DNA of 60,657 nucleotides, filler included, from Nemertoderma westbladi (lineage: Eukaryota > Animalia > Xenacoelomorpha), in NCBI GenBank assembly GCA_032718475.1. It is 3 parts of 3 records of this genome, joined end to end, with 100 filler letters (N's around TTAATTAATTAA, not from the genome) between each part and the next. Parts side by side here need not be neighbours in the genome. Positions count along the whole stretch, not along the records: positions 20,219 to 47,990 come from JAUCBJ010004715.1; 2 more parts are not named here. The stretch is one strand, 5' to 3'. Both the position numbers and the translations under genes were made by a program. The notes under the pieces were generated by a model, which saw only the letters and a program-made list of their open reading frames with translations, was not told where the DNA came from and made no database searches. Numbering within the stretch: the first letter of the stretch is position 1; every line of letters begins with the position of its first letter. This document shows, piece by piece, positions 24,927 through 35,500 of the stretch.

Positions 24927-25503
24927 GCTACTTGTAGGACTCTGGCCCAACTAACTTACCCATGGCACAGAGGGCTACTTGTAGGACTCTGGCCCAACTA
25001 ACTTACCCATGGCACAGAGGGCTACTTGTAGGACTCTGGCCCAACTAACTTACCCATGGCACAGAGGGCTACTTGTAGGACTCTGGCCCAACTAACTTAC
25101 TCATGGCACAGAGGGCTACTTGTAGGACTCTGGCCCAACTAACTTACCCATGGCACAGAGGGCTACTTGTAGGACTCTGGCCCAACTAACTTACCCATGG
25201 CACAGAGGGCTACTTGTAGGACTCTGGCCCAACTAACTTACCCATGGCACAGAGGGCTACTTGTAGGACTCTGGCCCAACTAACTTACTCATGGCACAGA
25301 GGGCTACTTGTAGGACTCTGGCCCAACTAACTTACCCATGGCACAGAGGGCTACTTGTAGGACTCTGGCCCAACTAACTTACCCATGGCACAGAGGGCTA
25401 CTTGTAGGACTCTGGCCCAACTAACTTACCCATGGCACAGAGGGCTACTTGTAGGACTCTGGCCCATCTAACTTACCCATGGCACAGAGGGCTACTTGTA
25501 GGA
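24927..25503. repeat. 47-bp tandem array, about 12 copies, of Sushi exon 1 end plus donor
   Basis: Unit reverse complement ccctctgtgccatgg|gtaagttagttgggccagagtcctacaagtag. Confidence 0.97.
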
Positions 25504-25864
25504 GTGTATCGGCTGAATTATATATGGTATCATCACTCCGTTTATTTTTGTTTTCACTTCTGACCTTCTCTTTATTTTCGTCTTTATATATTGCCAGTAT
25601 TGAATTTAACTTTTCACTTGTGTCTCTAGACCGCCTGGTTTGATTTTTATATATTTCCAAGACTGAGTTTAATTTTTGTCTGATGTTCTTATCATAAAGT
25701 TTTACGTCTTTACTTGTGACGCCCATTGGGTTGGTTTTTTCCCCTGTTTCTATTTTGACATCCTTCGCATTCTCCGATGTATCAGCTAGTTCACTGTCGC
25801 TATGAATAGCTTGTGTTGCCTCTATTGTTACCAAAATCGTTAGAATTATAGTAATCGTATCCAT
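25477..25864 (-). CDS. Sushi gene first coding exon: signal peptide plus pro-region
   Basis: MDTITIILTILVTIEATQA hydrophobic leader, RRSR and KR sites; ends ATGG|gtaagt in phase 1, joining exon 2 as CAM-G-KCDEYC. Confidence 0.82.
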
Positions 25865-25983
25865 TATTATTGAAATAGTCTTGAAATTGTTATTGAACAA
25901 TGTTATTATGAATTTTGGATTTAATTATAATATATAATTCGATAATATTTTACTGTTGTTATAGAAATAATTGGTAGTGATTT

Positions 25984-26643
25984 TTATTTCTATATTTTAT
26001 TCTTCCACGTGTCCACACATAACTAACATAGTGCTTTGGTTGGCCCATATTATTTCTATGTTTTATTCTTCCACGTGTCCACACATAACTAACATAGTGT
26101 CTTTGGTTGGCCCATATTATTTCTATGTTTTATTCTTCCACGTGTCCACACATAACTAACATAGTGCTTTGGTTGACCCATATTATTTCTATGTTTTATT
26201 CTTCCACGTGTCCGCTAACTAACACAGTGTGCTTTGGTTGGCCCATATTATTTCTATGTTTTATTCTTCCACGTGTCCACACATAACTAACATAGTGCTT
26301 TGGTTGACCCATATTATTTCTATGTTTTATTCTTCCACGTGTCCACACATAACTAACATAGTGCTTTGGTTGACCCATATTATTTCTATGTTTTATTCTT
26401 CCACGTGTCCACACATAACTAACACAGTGTGCTTTGGTTGACCCATATTATTTCTATGTTTTATTCTTCCACGTGTCCACACATAACTAACATAGTGCTT
26501 TGGTTGACCCATATTATTTCTATGTTTTATTCTTCCACGTGTCCACACATAACTAACATAGTGCTTTGGTTGACCCATATTATTTCTATGTTTTATTCTT
26601 CCACGTGTCCACACATAACTAACATAGTGCTTTGGTTGGCCCA
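25984..26643. repeat. ~66-bp tandem array, about 10 copies
   Basis: Unit ttttattcttccacgtgtccacacataactaacatagtgctttggttgacccatattatttctatg; reverse complement contains ctat|gttagt. Confidence 0.95.
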
Positions 26644-27045
26644 CCCGTATGTCGTCTATTTTCACATCATTCTGCGTTTTAATTGCTGTTGCTGTTGAAA
26701 TATTTATTATGGTTTTCAATATTTAGCTACAAGCTTTTAAAAATCGTTGTCGTTGTCTTTATTGCATCGCTGTTCCTTGGTACCAAGAGAAGGTTGCAGT
26801 AATAGCGAAAAACCACAACGAAATAGCTGAGCGCTAGGAACTGTTGTAGGTGTTACTTTAATGTCCGTCTAAGACTGTTGGTATACTTTTTAAATTTTCC
26901 TAAAAACTAATAATAATTTATATAATTACCCTTCCAACACTTCCTTTCAACGGTTTTCTATACAAACTAATAACAATATATTACTACGTATATTAATAGC
27001 ATACTCATACACGCACAAATATAATATAAATGTATTTATTATTGT

Positions 27046-27440
27046 GGCACATGTGTGGTATCCCATACTTTATGCTGTTTGGAGTTTACCTACATGTGAA
27101 GAATACCAGATTTCACTAAAAACCCAGGCTACTGAAGGGCTTAATCTAACCAAAACAGTAAACGAATTATTGTATCTGTACGATCAGTGTTGAGCGAAGT
27201 GGCGTGTGATTGGTTGTGGTTAGGTTGGGCTCAGCGTCATTGAAGAGAGCATTGAAAGCCATGCAGGACAATGACAACGAGCCATTGCAGACAAGAATTG
27301 GAGCTGGCCTTGTTGATTCCGCTCCAGGATTTATAATGGAGGTGGAGGCCACCAGTTTTAATAACAAACATACTTTAAATTAAGGAGTTGGTATTTACAA
27401 GGTGACTCTTAATTGTTAAATGGTATTCTTCACCTGGGCG
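27046..27440. mobile_element. Diverged copy of the cccatgtgaagaatacca TIR family
   Basis: catgtgaagaataccag...tggtattcttcacctgggcg; flanks attattgt / gttattgt. Confidence 0.7.
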
Positions 27441-28622
27441 GTTATTGTTGTGTTTATTTGTAAATTTTAATGATAAAAAATGGTCTACCGTATTTGTTTA
27501 AAAATTATTTCGTCACATAAATTATTCAAATACATATATACTTATTAAATAGTGTTTAGAACTCTTAACGAATACATTGAATGTTATTGTTCCACTGAGA
27601 GTGAAATGAATAATTATGAATACTGAAACATAAATGGGTCAAAATCGATTCAGTTCTCAAAACTTCGTACAGTCATTGAACTTTAAACAAGCAACATATA
27701 CAATTTAATTTAATATTAATACGGTGGTACACACTACACATACATTGTTCATAAATATAAGGAAAGGTAATATTATTACAAACAGTATAATTATATTATG
27801 TCATCTTATCCGGGGCCTGGAGATATTCTCGTACGAAGTTATCACTAACTTAGTAACAATGAACTTCTAGAACACTTGTTGCGTAATATCCATTAGTTAT
27901 GGCAATTAGTGCTTTGCGAAGTGTACGATTGTTTGCCGTACAGGTGGTGTAGCAACTTGATAATTGCAATCCTTTAAAATGGGTACGAATTCACCAATAC
28001 ACCTAAACAATAAACATTACATAATAAAACACTCCGGCCGAACGCCGAAAAGTTGACATAATATAACCAAATTTATTATATCATTATTGTATGAAAAAGG
28101 TACCAATCCTAGCACCGGTACCAATCTCTGACAATAAATATATTCACCATTAAAGACCGATTAATAACCTCACTCGCTGCGCTCGATCTCATTCCTAAAT
28201 GCATTACAACAGATCCAAGGATTGCTTTATTTGTAATAAACGTTTTACATTTAACAGTTAACTACGTATAACGTACGTATTGAAAATATAATTATTTCAC
28301 GTGTGGAGAATATAATTATTATCCCGCCCAAGTTTCCAAAGGCATCGAAATTATATTTATAAATTTTTCCACCAAGAGTGGCTATAAAATTCAGAAACAA
28401 CTGGAAAAAACGCTAAATATTTGTATGAATTGTCCGCAATCATCCCAGTGAGACAAAGTTAATGAAATAGATACACTGGTATCGCAGCTTTGTATGAAAG
28501 TATTCATTATAATAACAAAGTCGATGTCCATAAGTAGCTCAAATCGAAACCTGATTTACGTATTATTGCGGTACTGTCCTGTCTGTCGTTCTATAAGGGA
28601 CCGACGACAAGTACTGGTACTA

Positions 28623-29747
28623 CTAAATGTTATCGCTCTCATCCAATACCGACGGGTTAGACATCCTCAAGGCATCTTTATTCCTCGTTAAGGTGTCATC
28701 TTTAGATGCTGCGGTGATGCTCATATGTCTGGTCAATGTACCAAACACCTTCTTTGCAGCCCCTTTCTTCTTCTTTTCAACTTCTCCTTCTACTGTCAGC
28801 GATCCCATCATGGAATCCACCGTTTTCTCCAACTCTTTGCTTCTCGGGTTGTATGCCACCTTGTGGTATTCGTTATTCAACCCCATATCGTTATCTATGA
28901 TCTCCTTTAAGTTATTCAGCAGTGTCACTGTATTAGTATCAACTTCTGCTTCTTGTATAACTATGTCTATGTTATTGAGAACAAATTTGCTATCATCCAC
29001 AGCTTTTTTCAAGTGGGTCTCCATTCCTTTAATGCGTTCATCGTACATCTGCTGTTTGTTATCAAAGAAAGCTCTCAAATCTTCGAGAATATGTTCTTTC
29101 TTAGCCCGTAGAGCCATAACTCCTTCGTTGTATTCTTGTTCAATAAGGTAACATAGACTTTCTACAATCTTCGTTTTTTCTTCTTCATTCTCAGCCCTGA
29201 ATTCTTTGACATCTCTTGTCAGACATTGCAAGGTCTCTAGACAGCGCTCCATATTGTTGGCGCATTCTCCCATACGAACAACCATCTTTAACTTATTGTG
29301 TTCTTTGTGGTTGGCCTCCACCAAACAATCACTACACAAAGCCATCTTACACGGAACACATATATACTTTAGCTGCTCATCTTTGTGGACGGGGCATCTT
29401 TCGTGAGCCTTCTCGCTGGTGGTGACCGCTACTGGAGTCTGGGAAGAGTTGCTAATCGGGCGGGAATTGTTGAGGCGATTGGAATCGATGGACCTGTTGA
29501 ATGCGGAACTCAGTGAGTCGTTGATGTCGTGGTCTGGTAGTTCGTCCAATAGGGATGCGATTGTGTTGCTGTTACATATCCTACAAGTCAGTTCGCAGTG
29601 GGTCTTGGATTCCGGGTTGTTTTGTGTGTCTCGCAGACAAGACTTACAGAATATGTGTCCGCAATCGAGAATCTTTGGGTGACGATAGACTTCTTGACAA
29701 ACTCTACATGTCAACTCTTGTATTAAGTCGCCTTTGCCTTTATCCAT
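28623..29747 (-). CDS. TRIM/RBCC E3 ubiquitin ligase (RING, B-box2, coiled coil, no C-terminal domain), intronless
   Basis: CRVC..CGHIFCKSC..CRIC RING; CPVHKDEQLKYICVPCKMALCSDC..HKEH B-box; helical C-terminal half. Confidence 0.93.
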   Translation of the reverse strand: MDKGKGDLIQELTCRVCQEVYRHPKILDCGHIFCKSCLRDTQNNPESKTHCELTCRICNSNTIASLLDELPDHDINDSLSSAFNRSIDSNRLNNSRPISNSSQTPVAVTTSEKAHERCPVHKDEQLKYICVPCKMALCSDCLVEANHKEHNKLKMVVRMGECANNMERCLETLQCLTRDVKEFRAENEEEKTKIVESLCYLIEQEYNEGVMALRAKKEHILEDLRAFFDNKQQMYDERIKGMETHLKKAVDDSKFVLNNIDIVIQEAEVDTNTVTLLNNLKEIIDNDMGLNNEYHKVAYNPRSKELEKTVDSMMGSLTVEGEVEKKKKGAAKKVFGTLTRHMSITAASKDDTLTRNKDALRMSNPSVLDESDNI

Positions 29748-30806
29748 AACTAATAATGCTGTAATGCTTCAGTAATAATTAGGCCTACTAATAATTCAAA
29801 ATTAATATTAATTAATAAATCATAGTAAAAGTATTTATTAATAAATGTTAATACGGTGATTTGTTTCAGTTTAGTACCAGCAATACAACAAAAGTAGAAA
29901 ATCTGATAGATATTCTTAGGTACAAATCAGTACAAATAGGCAGATAGACCTATTTATGGGCTAGGCCTAGAAAGGCGAGAGAGTTGTGTAGAATGTTAAA
30001 CTTAAATTATTGTACATATATATTGTACATATTGTATTGTACATATATTGTATATTTCTGATATGTAATATTAAAATGAATTCTAATATAAACAATAATA
30101 ATATCCGGAACAATCGACAAAGTGTGTTCTCATGTCGCTATATTAACCTTACCGCCCTATCCAATCAATAGTAGGGTTGTCTGGCTCTGTCAGTCCATGT
30201 AGATTCATCAGCTTATATTGATGGACTTAGTGGCAGCTCTCAGCTACATAATATACCGACATTATCAGCCCATGTTGTGAGTCTCTCTTCTCTGTCTATA
30301 GAGTTGTAGACCCATGGTGGTAGACAGTTCGGACTAGACAGCGGGAAACCAACTTGTTAGTGTGACCTGAAGGAAATATATTTCGGTAGATTTCTCTGGA
30401 GATTATTCCAACCAATTACTGTTATAGGGAGGTGAATGATTCCTATAAGCACTTGTTTTTCATTAACTTCTGTTTACTATAGTAACGGGAAGGCCTGGAT
30501 TAGTTGAATGTATAATCTGCGTTGGTTTGTCAGTGGGAAGCAGTTGTAGACATGTTTCTTTGGATACAATACTCAATAATCTATCCTTAGACTTAAACCC
30601 GGCGCACACTAGAGATACAAGATGCACGATGCATGATAAATTATTTGAAATATACATTAATATAATCAAAGTATAATATATAAAATAAAATACGATGCAT
30701 CTTGCATCTCTAGTGCCTTACTATATTATTATTATTGGGCGTAGACGCTGTGCCGACAGAGGTGCCGACCCAGGTGCGTGGATGATAGAAATAAAATAAA
30801 ATATTG

Positions 30807-30985
30807 GGCCCATGTGAAGAATGCCAGACTTTCTGCCGTTATATTTCACTTTGCAGTTACCCCCATGTGAAGAATACCAGGTTTTCACCAAAAGCACAGG
30901 TTACAGAAGGGCTGAATCTAACCAAAACAATAAACGAATTAGTTTATGTTCAGGTTAAAAGACAGAAATAAGCGCTATAAAACAC
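30807..30985 (+). mobile_element. Left-end fragment of the cccatgtgaagaatacca TIR family
   Basis: Near-identical to 24141-24525 but with a single 56-bp unit. Confidence 0.8.
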
Positions 30986-31337
30986 TTAGTAAAGATAAAT
31001 AAAAAAATCCCAGCAAGCCAAGGAAACAAGTAAATGTTTTGCCCCGTTTTGTTGCACTGTTTTGCACAGTTTTTATAAAATATTTAGCGCCGTTTGCACC
31101 ATTGTTTTGCGCCGTCTGTTCCAATAATTTTACCATTATTGGTTGTTATTATCGTTGAGTTGTTATATACCGTCCACATCCCCCCCCCCCCCCCCCCCCC
31201 CCCTCTCCAATTTATTTTTCGCTAGTGAGTTTTTTATTACGTTGACTTATAATTCATTATTATTCTATTGTAAAATCCGATTATAAATATTTTAATCAAA
31301 TTCCAAAACTTATTAATAAATCTATTTTTCTCTACAG

Positions 31338-31559
31338 GGAAGCGGTTGACTCGGCGTATCTTTACAGCAACCTAACGGCTATCCTTGATGACCTATTGGA
31401 AGGGTTTGAATCCAAGTCACCCGGAATTAAGTTGGAAACAATTCATTTCGTTAAGCGGTGCCTCCAGCGGGCAACACCGGCATCGCTAAAGAAGGACATA
31501 CTGAAACCGTTAGGGGGCGCTCTAACAAAACGCTTAGGTGAACAGCTACCAGAAATTCG
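31338..31559 (+). CDS. CKAP5: ch-TOG/XMAP215 internal exon (TOG2 HEAT repeats)
   Basis: EAVDSAY..KSPGIKLET..LKKDILKPLGGAL..QLPEIR resembles recalled CKAP5 EAIDAIF..KNPTIKQQT..LPKSLLKPF..SAPEVR; ctacag| and CG|gtgagt. Confidence 0.9.
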
Positions 31560-31677
31560 GTGAGTTTGGAAGAACAGCAACCTGAAATTTTGTAAGTTTG
31601 GAAGAACAGTAACCAGAAATAAAAATATAGTAAGATCTGATTGAGAGTGATTTGGTTATGTCGTCATTGTTTTTTAG

Positions 31678-31855
31678 TGATGCGGCATCAGAAGGCCTTG
31701 CAACTATGTGGAAAGTGATGGGAGACAAACCGATGAACCAATTCCTAAACGATCTCGATAAATTGAAGATGGATAAAATCCGAGAGTTTTATGAAACAGT
31801 GGAGCTCATTGGTAAAGGGAAACCTGGTGGGACCGTGGACGCTAAAACTACCAAG
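31678..31855 (+). CDS. CKAP5: ch-TOG internal exon (end of TOG2)
   Basis: DAASEGLATMWKVMGDKPMNQFLNDLDKLKMDKIRE; tttttag| and AAG|gtaggg; phases consistent. Confidence 0.92.
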
Positions 31856-32426
31856 GTAGGGGGACCCCTTAGTTGTCGTAAAAGCCACAGACGCCAAGAA
31901 AGTAAGACTAATTTTCTTAAAGGTGGCTTTCCCTTTTATAGGCATTTCAATTGTACACACTTGTGTCTTACTCAGTCTTACTTAGGTTTTTCAGACAGTA
32001 GCCTTGGACATAAAGACCAATACAACTTGTAAACAGAATATTTTGATCAGAAGTGTCTAAAATGTCCATTTTTTTTATTTTGGGCTGATATTTTTTTTTA
32101 ATTATCGTACATAACCGACATAGAAATTTCAAAATTCTGTCTACAGGTTTTCTTGGTCAATATATGAAGACAATTCACTGAAAGTTTCAAACAAATTTAT
32201 TACAAAATGACGGAGGAGTCGCATTTAGAGTGTCTGTTTGTCAGGAAACACATTTTAGTGGGAAAATAATGATAATTTGATATTTTGTGTAAACTTGCCA
32301 TATTAAAATTACATTATTAGGACTCGCCATTGACCCCCCCCCCCCCCCCCCCCCCCCCTTTAGTACACTTTATTTGATCTTTTTCTTTATGGAATTATTT
32401 TCTAACTATTTATTTTATTTCCTCAG

Positions 32427-32547
32427 CCAGACGCGCTTAGTAAACCGACGACTGGTGGTCCCGCCGCCGCTCCGCCTTGGAAGAAGAAATCGACAGTCCA
32501 GGGAGGTAAACCGACGGCTGGTAGTGGAGGGCAGGAAGGCAAAAAAG
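32427..32547 (+). CDS. CKAP5: ch-TOG internal exon (basic TOG2-TOG3 linker)
   Basis: cctcag|PDALSKPTTGGPAAAPPWKKK..GQEGKK G|gtgagt; phase 0-1 links the flanking exons. Confidence 0.82.
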
Positions 32548-35500
32548 GTGAGTGAGAGATCGGTAGTGGAGGGAGGTAAACCAACGGCTGGTAGTGGAGG
32601 GCAGGAAGGCAAAAAAGGTGAGTGAGAGATCGGTAGTGGAGGGCAGGAAGGCAAAAAAGGTGAGTGAGAGATCGGTAGTGGAGGGAGGTAAACCAACGGC
32701 TGGTAGTGGAGGACAGGAAGGCAAAAAAGGTGAGTGAGAGATCGGTAGTGGAGGGCAGGAAGGCAAAAAAGGTGAGTGAGAGATCGGTAGTGGAGGGGGG
32801 TAAACCAACGGCTGATAGTGGAGGGCAGGGAGGCAAAAAAGGTGAGTGAGAGATCGGTAGTGGAGGACAGGAAGGCAAAAAAGGTGAGTGAGAGATCGGT
32901 AGTGGAGGGAGGTAAACCAACGGCTGATAGTGGAGGGCAGGGAGGCAAAAAAGGTGAGTGAGAGATCGGTAGTGGAGGGCAGGAAGGCAAAAAAGGTGAG
33001 TGAGAGATCGGTAGTGGAGGGCAGGAAGGCAAAAAATGTGAGTGAGAGATCGGTAGTGGAGGGCAGGAAGGCAAAAAAGGTGAGTGAGAGATCGGTAGTG
33101 GAGGGCAGGAAGGCAAAAAAAGGTGAGTGAGAGATCGGTAGTGGAGGGGGGTAAACCAACGGCTGATAGTGGAGGGCAGGAAGGCAAAAAAGGTGAGTGA
33201 GAGATCGGTAGTGGAGGACAGGAAGGCCAAAAAGGTGAGTGAGAGATCGGTAGTGGAGGGAGGTAAACCAACGGCTGGTAGTGGAGGGCAGGAAGGCAAA
33301 AAAGGTGAGTGAGAGATCGGTAGTGGAGGGCTGGAAGGCAAAAAAGGTGAGTGAGAAATCGGTAGTGGAGGGCAGGAAGGCAAAAAAGGTGAGTGAGAGA
33401 TCGGTAGTGGAGGGAGGTAAACCAACGGCTGGTAGTGGAGGGCAGGAAGGCAAAAAAGGTGAGTGAGAGATCGGAAGTGGAGGGAGGTAAACCAACGGCT
33501 GGTAGTGGAGGGCAGGAAGGCAAAAAAGGTGAGTGAGAGATCGGTAGTGGAGGGAGGTTAACCAACGGCTGGTAGTGGAGGGCAGGAAGGCAAAAAAGGT
33601 GAGTGAGAGATCGGTAGTGGAGGGCAGGAAGGCAAAAAAGGTGAGTGAGAGATCGGTAGTGGAGGGAGGTAAACCAACGGCTGGTAGTGGAGGACAGGAA
33701 GGCAAAAAAGGTGAGTGAGAGATCGGTAGTGGAGGGCAGGAAGGCAAAAAAGGTGAGTGAGAGATCGGTAGTGGAGGGGGGTAAACCAACGGCTGATAGT
33801 GGAGGGCAGGGAGGCAAAAAAGGTGAGTGAGAGATCGGTAGTGGAGGGCAGGAAGGCAAAAAAGGTGAGTGAGAGATCGGTAGTGGAGGGCAGGAAGGCA
33901 AAAAAGGTGAGTGAGAGATCGGTAGTGGAGGGCAGGAAGGCAAAAAAGGTGAGTGAGAGATCGGTAGTGGAGGGCAGGAAGGCAAAAAAGGTGAGTGAGA
34001 GATCGGTAGTGGAGGGGGGTAAACCAACGGCTGATAGTGGAGGGCAGGAAGGCAAAAAAGGTGAGTGAGAGATCGGTAGTGGAGGACAGGAAGGCCAAAA
34101 AGGTGAGTGAGAGATCGGTAGTGGAGGGAGGTAAACCAACGGCTGGTAGTGGAGGGCAGGAAGGCAAAAAATGTGAGTGAGAGATCGGTAGTGGAGGGCT
34201 GGAAGGCAAAAAAGGTGAGTGAGAAATCGGTAGTGGAGGGCAGGAAGGCAAAAAAGGTGAGTGAGAGATCGGTAGTGGAGGGAGGTAAACCAACGGCTGG
34301 TAGTGGAGGGCAGGAAGGCAAAAAAGGTGAGTGAGAGATCGGTAGTGGAGGGCAGGAAGGCAAAAAAGGTGAGTGAGAGATCGGTAGTGGAGGGCAGGAA
34401 GGCAACAAAGGTGAGTGAGAGATCGGTAGTGGAGGTTAGGAAGGCCAAAAAAGGTGAGTGAGAGATCGGTAGTGGAGGGCAGGAAGGAAAAAGGTGAGTG
34501 AGAGATCGGTAGTGGAGGGCAGGAAGGCAACAAAGGTGAGTGAGAGATCGGTAGTGGAGGTTAGGAAGGGCAAAAAAGGTGAGTGAGAGATCGGTAGTGG
34601 AGGGCAGGAAGGCAAAAAAGGTGAGTGAGAGATCGGTAGTGGAGGGCAGGAAGGCAAAAAAAGGTGAGTGAGAGATCGGTAGTGGAGGGCAGGAAGGCAA
34701 AAAAGGTGAGTGAGAGATCGGTAGTGGAGGGCAGGAAGGCAAAAAAGGTGAGTGAGAGATCGGTAGTGGAGGGAGGTAAACCAACGGTTGGTAGTGGAGG
34801 GCAGGAAGGCAAAAAAGGTGAGTGAGAGATCGGTAGTGGAGGACAGGAAGGCAAAAAAGGTGAGTGAGAGATCGGTAGTGGAGGGAGGTAAACCAACGGC
34901 TGGTAGTGGAGGGCAGGAAGGCAAAAAAGGTGAGTGAGAGATCGGTAGTGGAGGACAGGAAGGCAAAAAAGGTGAGTGAGAGATCGGTAGTGGAGGGAGG
35001 TAAACCAACGGCTGGTAGTGGAGGACAGGAAGGCCAAAAAGGTGAGTGAGAGATCGGTATAGTGGAGGGAGGTAAACCAACGGCTGGTAGTGGAGGGCAG
35101 GAAGGCAAAAAAGGTGAGTGAGAGATCGGTAGTGGAGGGCAGGAAGGCAACAAAGGTGAGTGAGAGATCGGTAGTGGAGGGCAGGAAGGCAAAAAAGGTG
35201 AGTGAGAGATCGGTAGTGGAGGGCAGGAAGGCAACAAAGGTGAGTGAGAGATCGGTAGTGGAGGGCAGGAAGGCAAAAAAGGTGAGTGAGAGATCGGTAG
35301 TGGAGGGCAGGAAGGCAACAAAGGTGAGTGAGAGATCGGTAGTGGAGGGCAGGAAGGCAAAAAAAGGTGAGTGAGAGATCGGTAGTGGAGGGAGGTAAAC
35401 CAACGGCTGGTAGTGGAGGGCTGGAAGGCAAAAAAGGTGAGTGAGAGATCGGTAGTGGAGGGCAGGAAGGCAAAAAAGGTGAGTGAGAGATCGGTAGTGG

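Noticed and set aside
226-25864. A single Sushi + fibrinogen fusion gene
   Set aside because: FReD has its own signal-peptide exon, and the intervening exon chain stops at 10037.
30150-30620. Exon-like segment with AG/GT boundaries upstream of TRIM
   Set aside because: Stops in all three minus frames and no recognisable ch-TOG sequence on the plus strand; at most a UTR exon.
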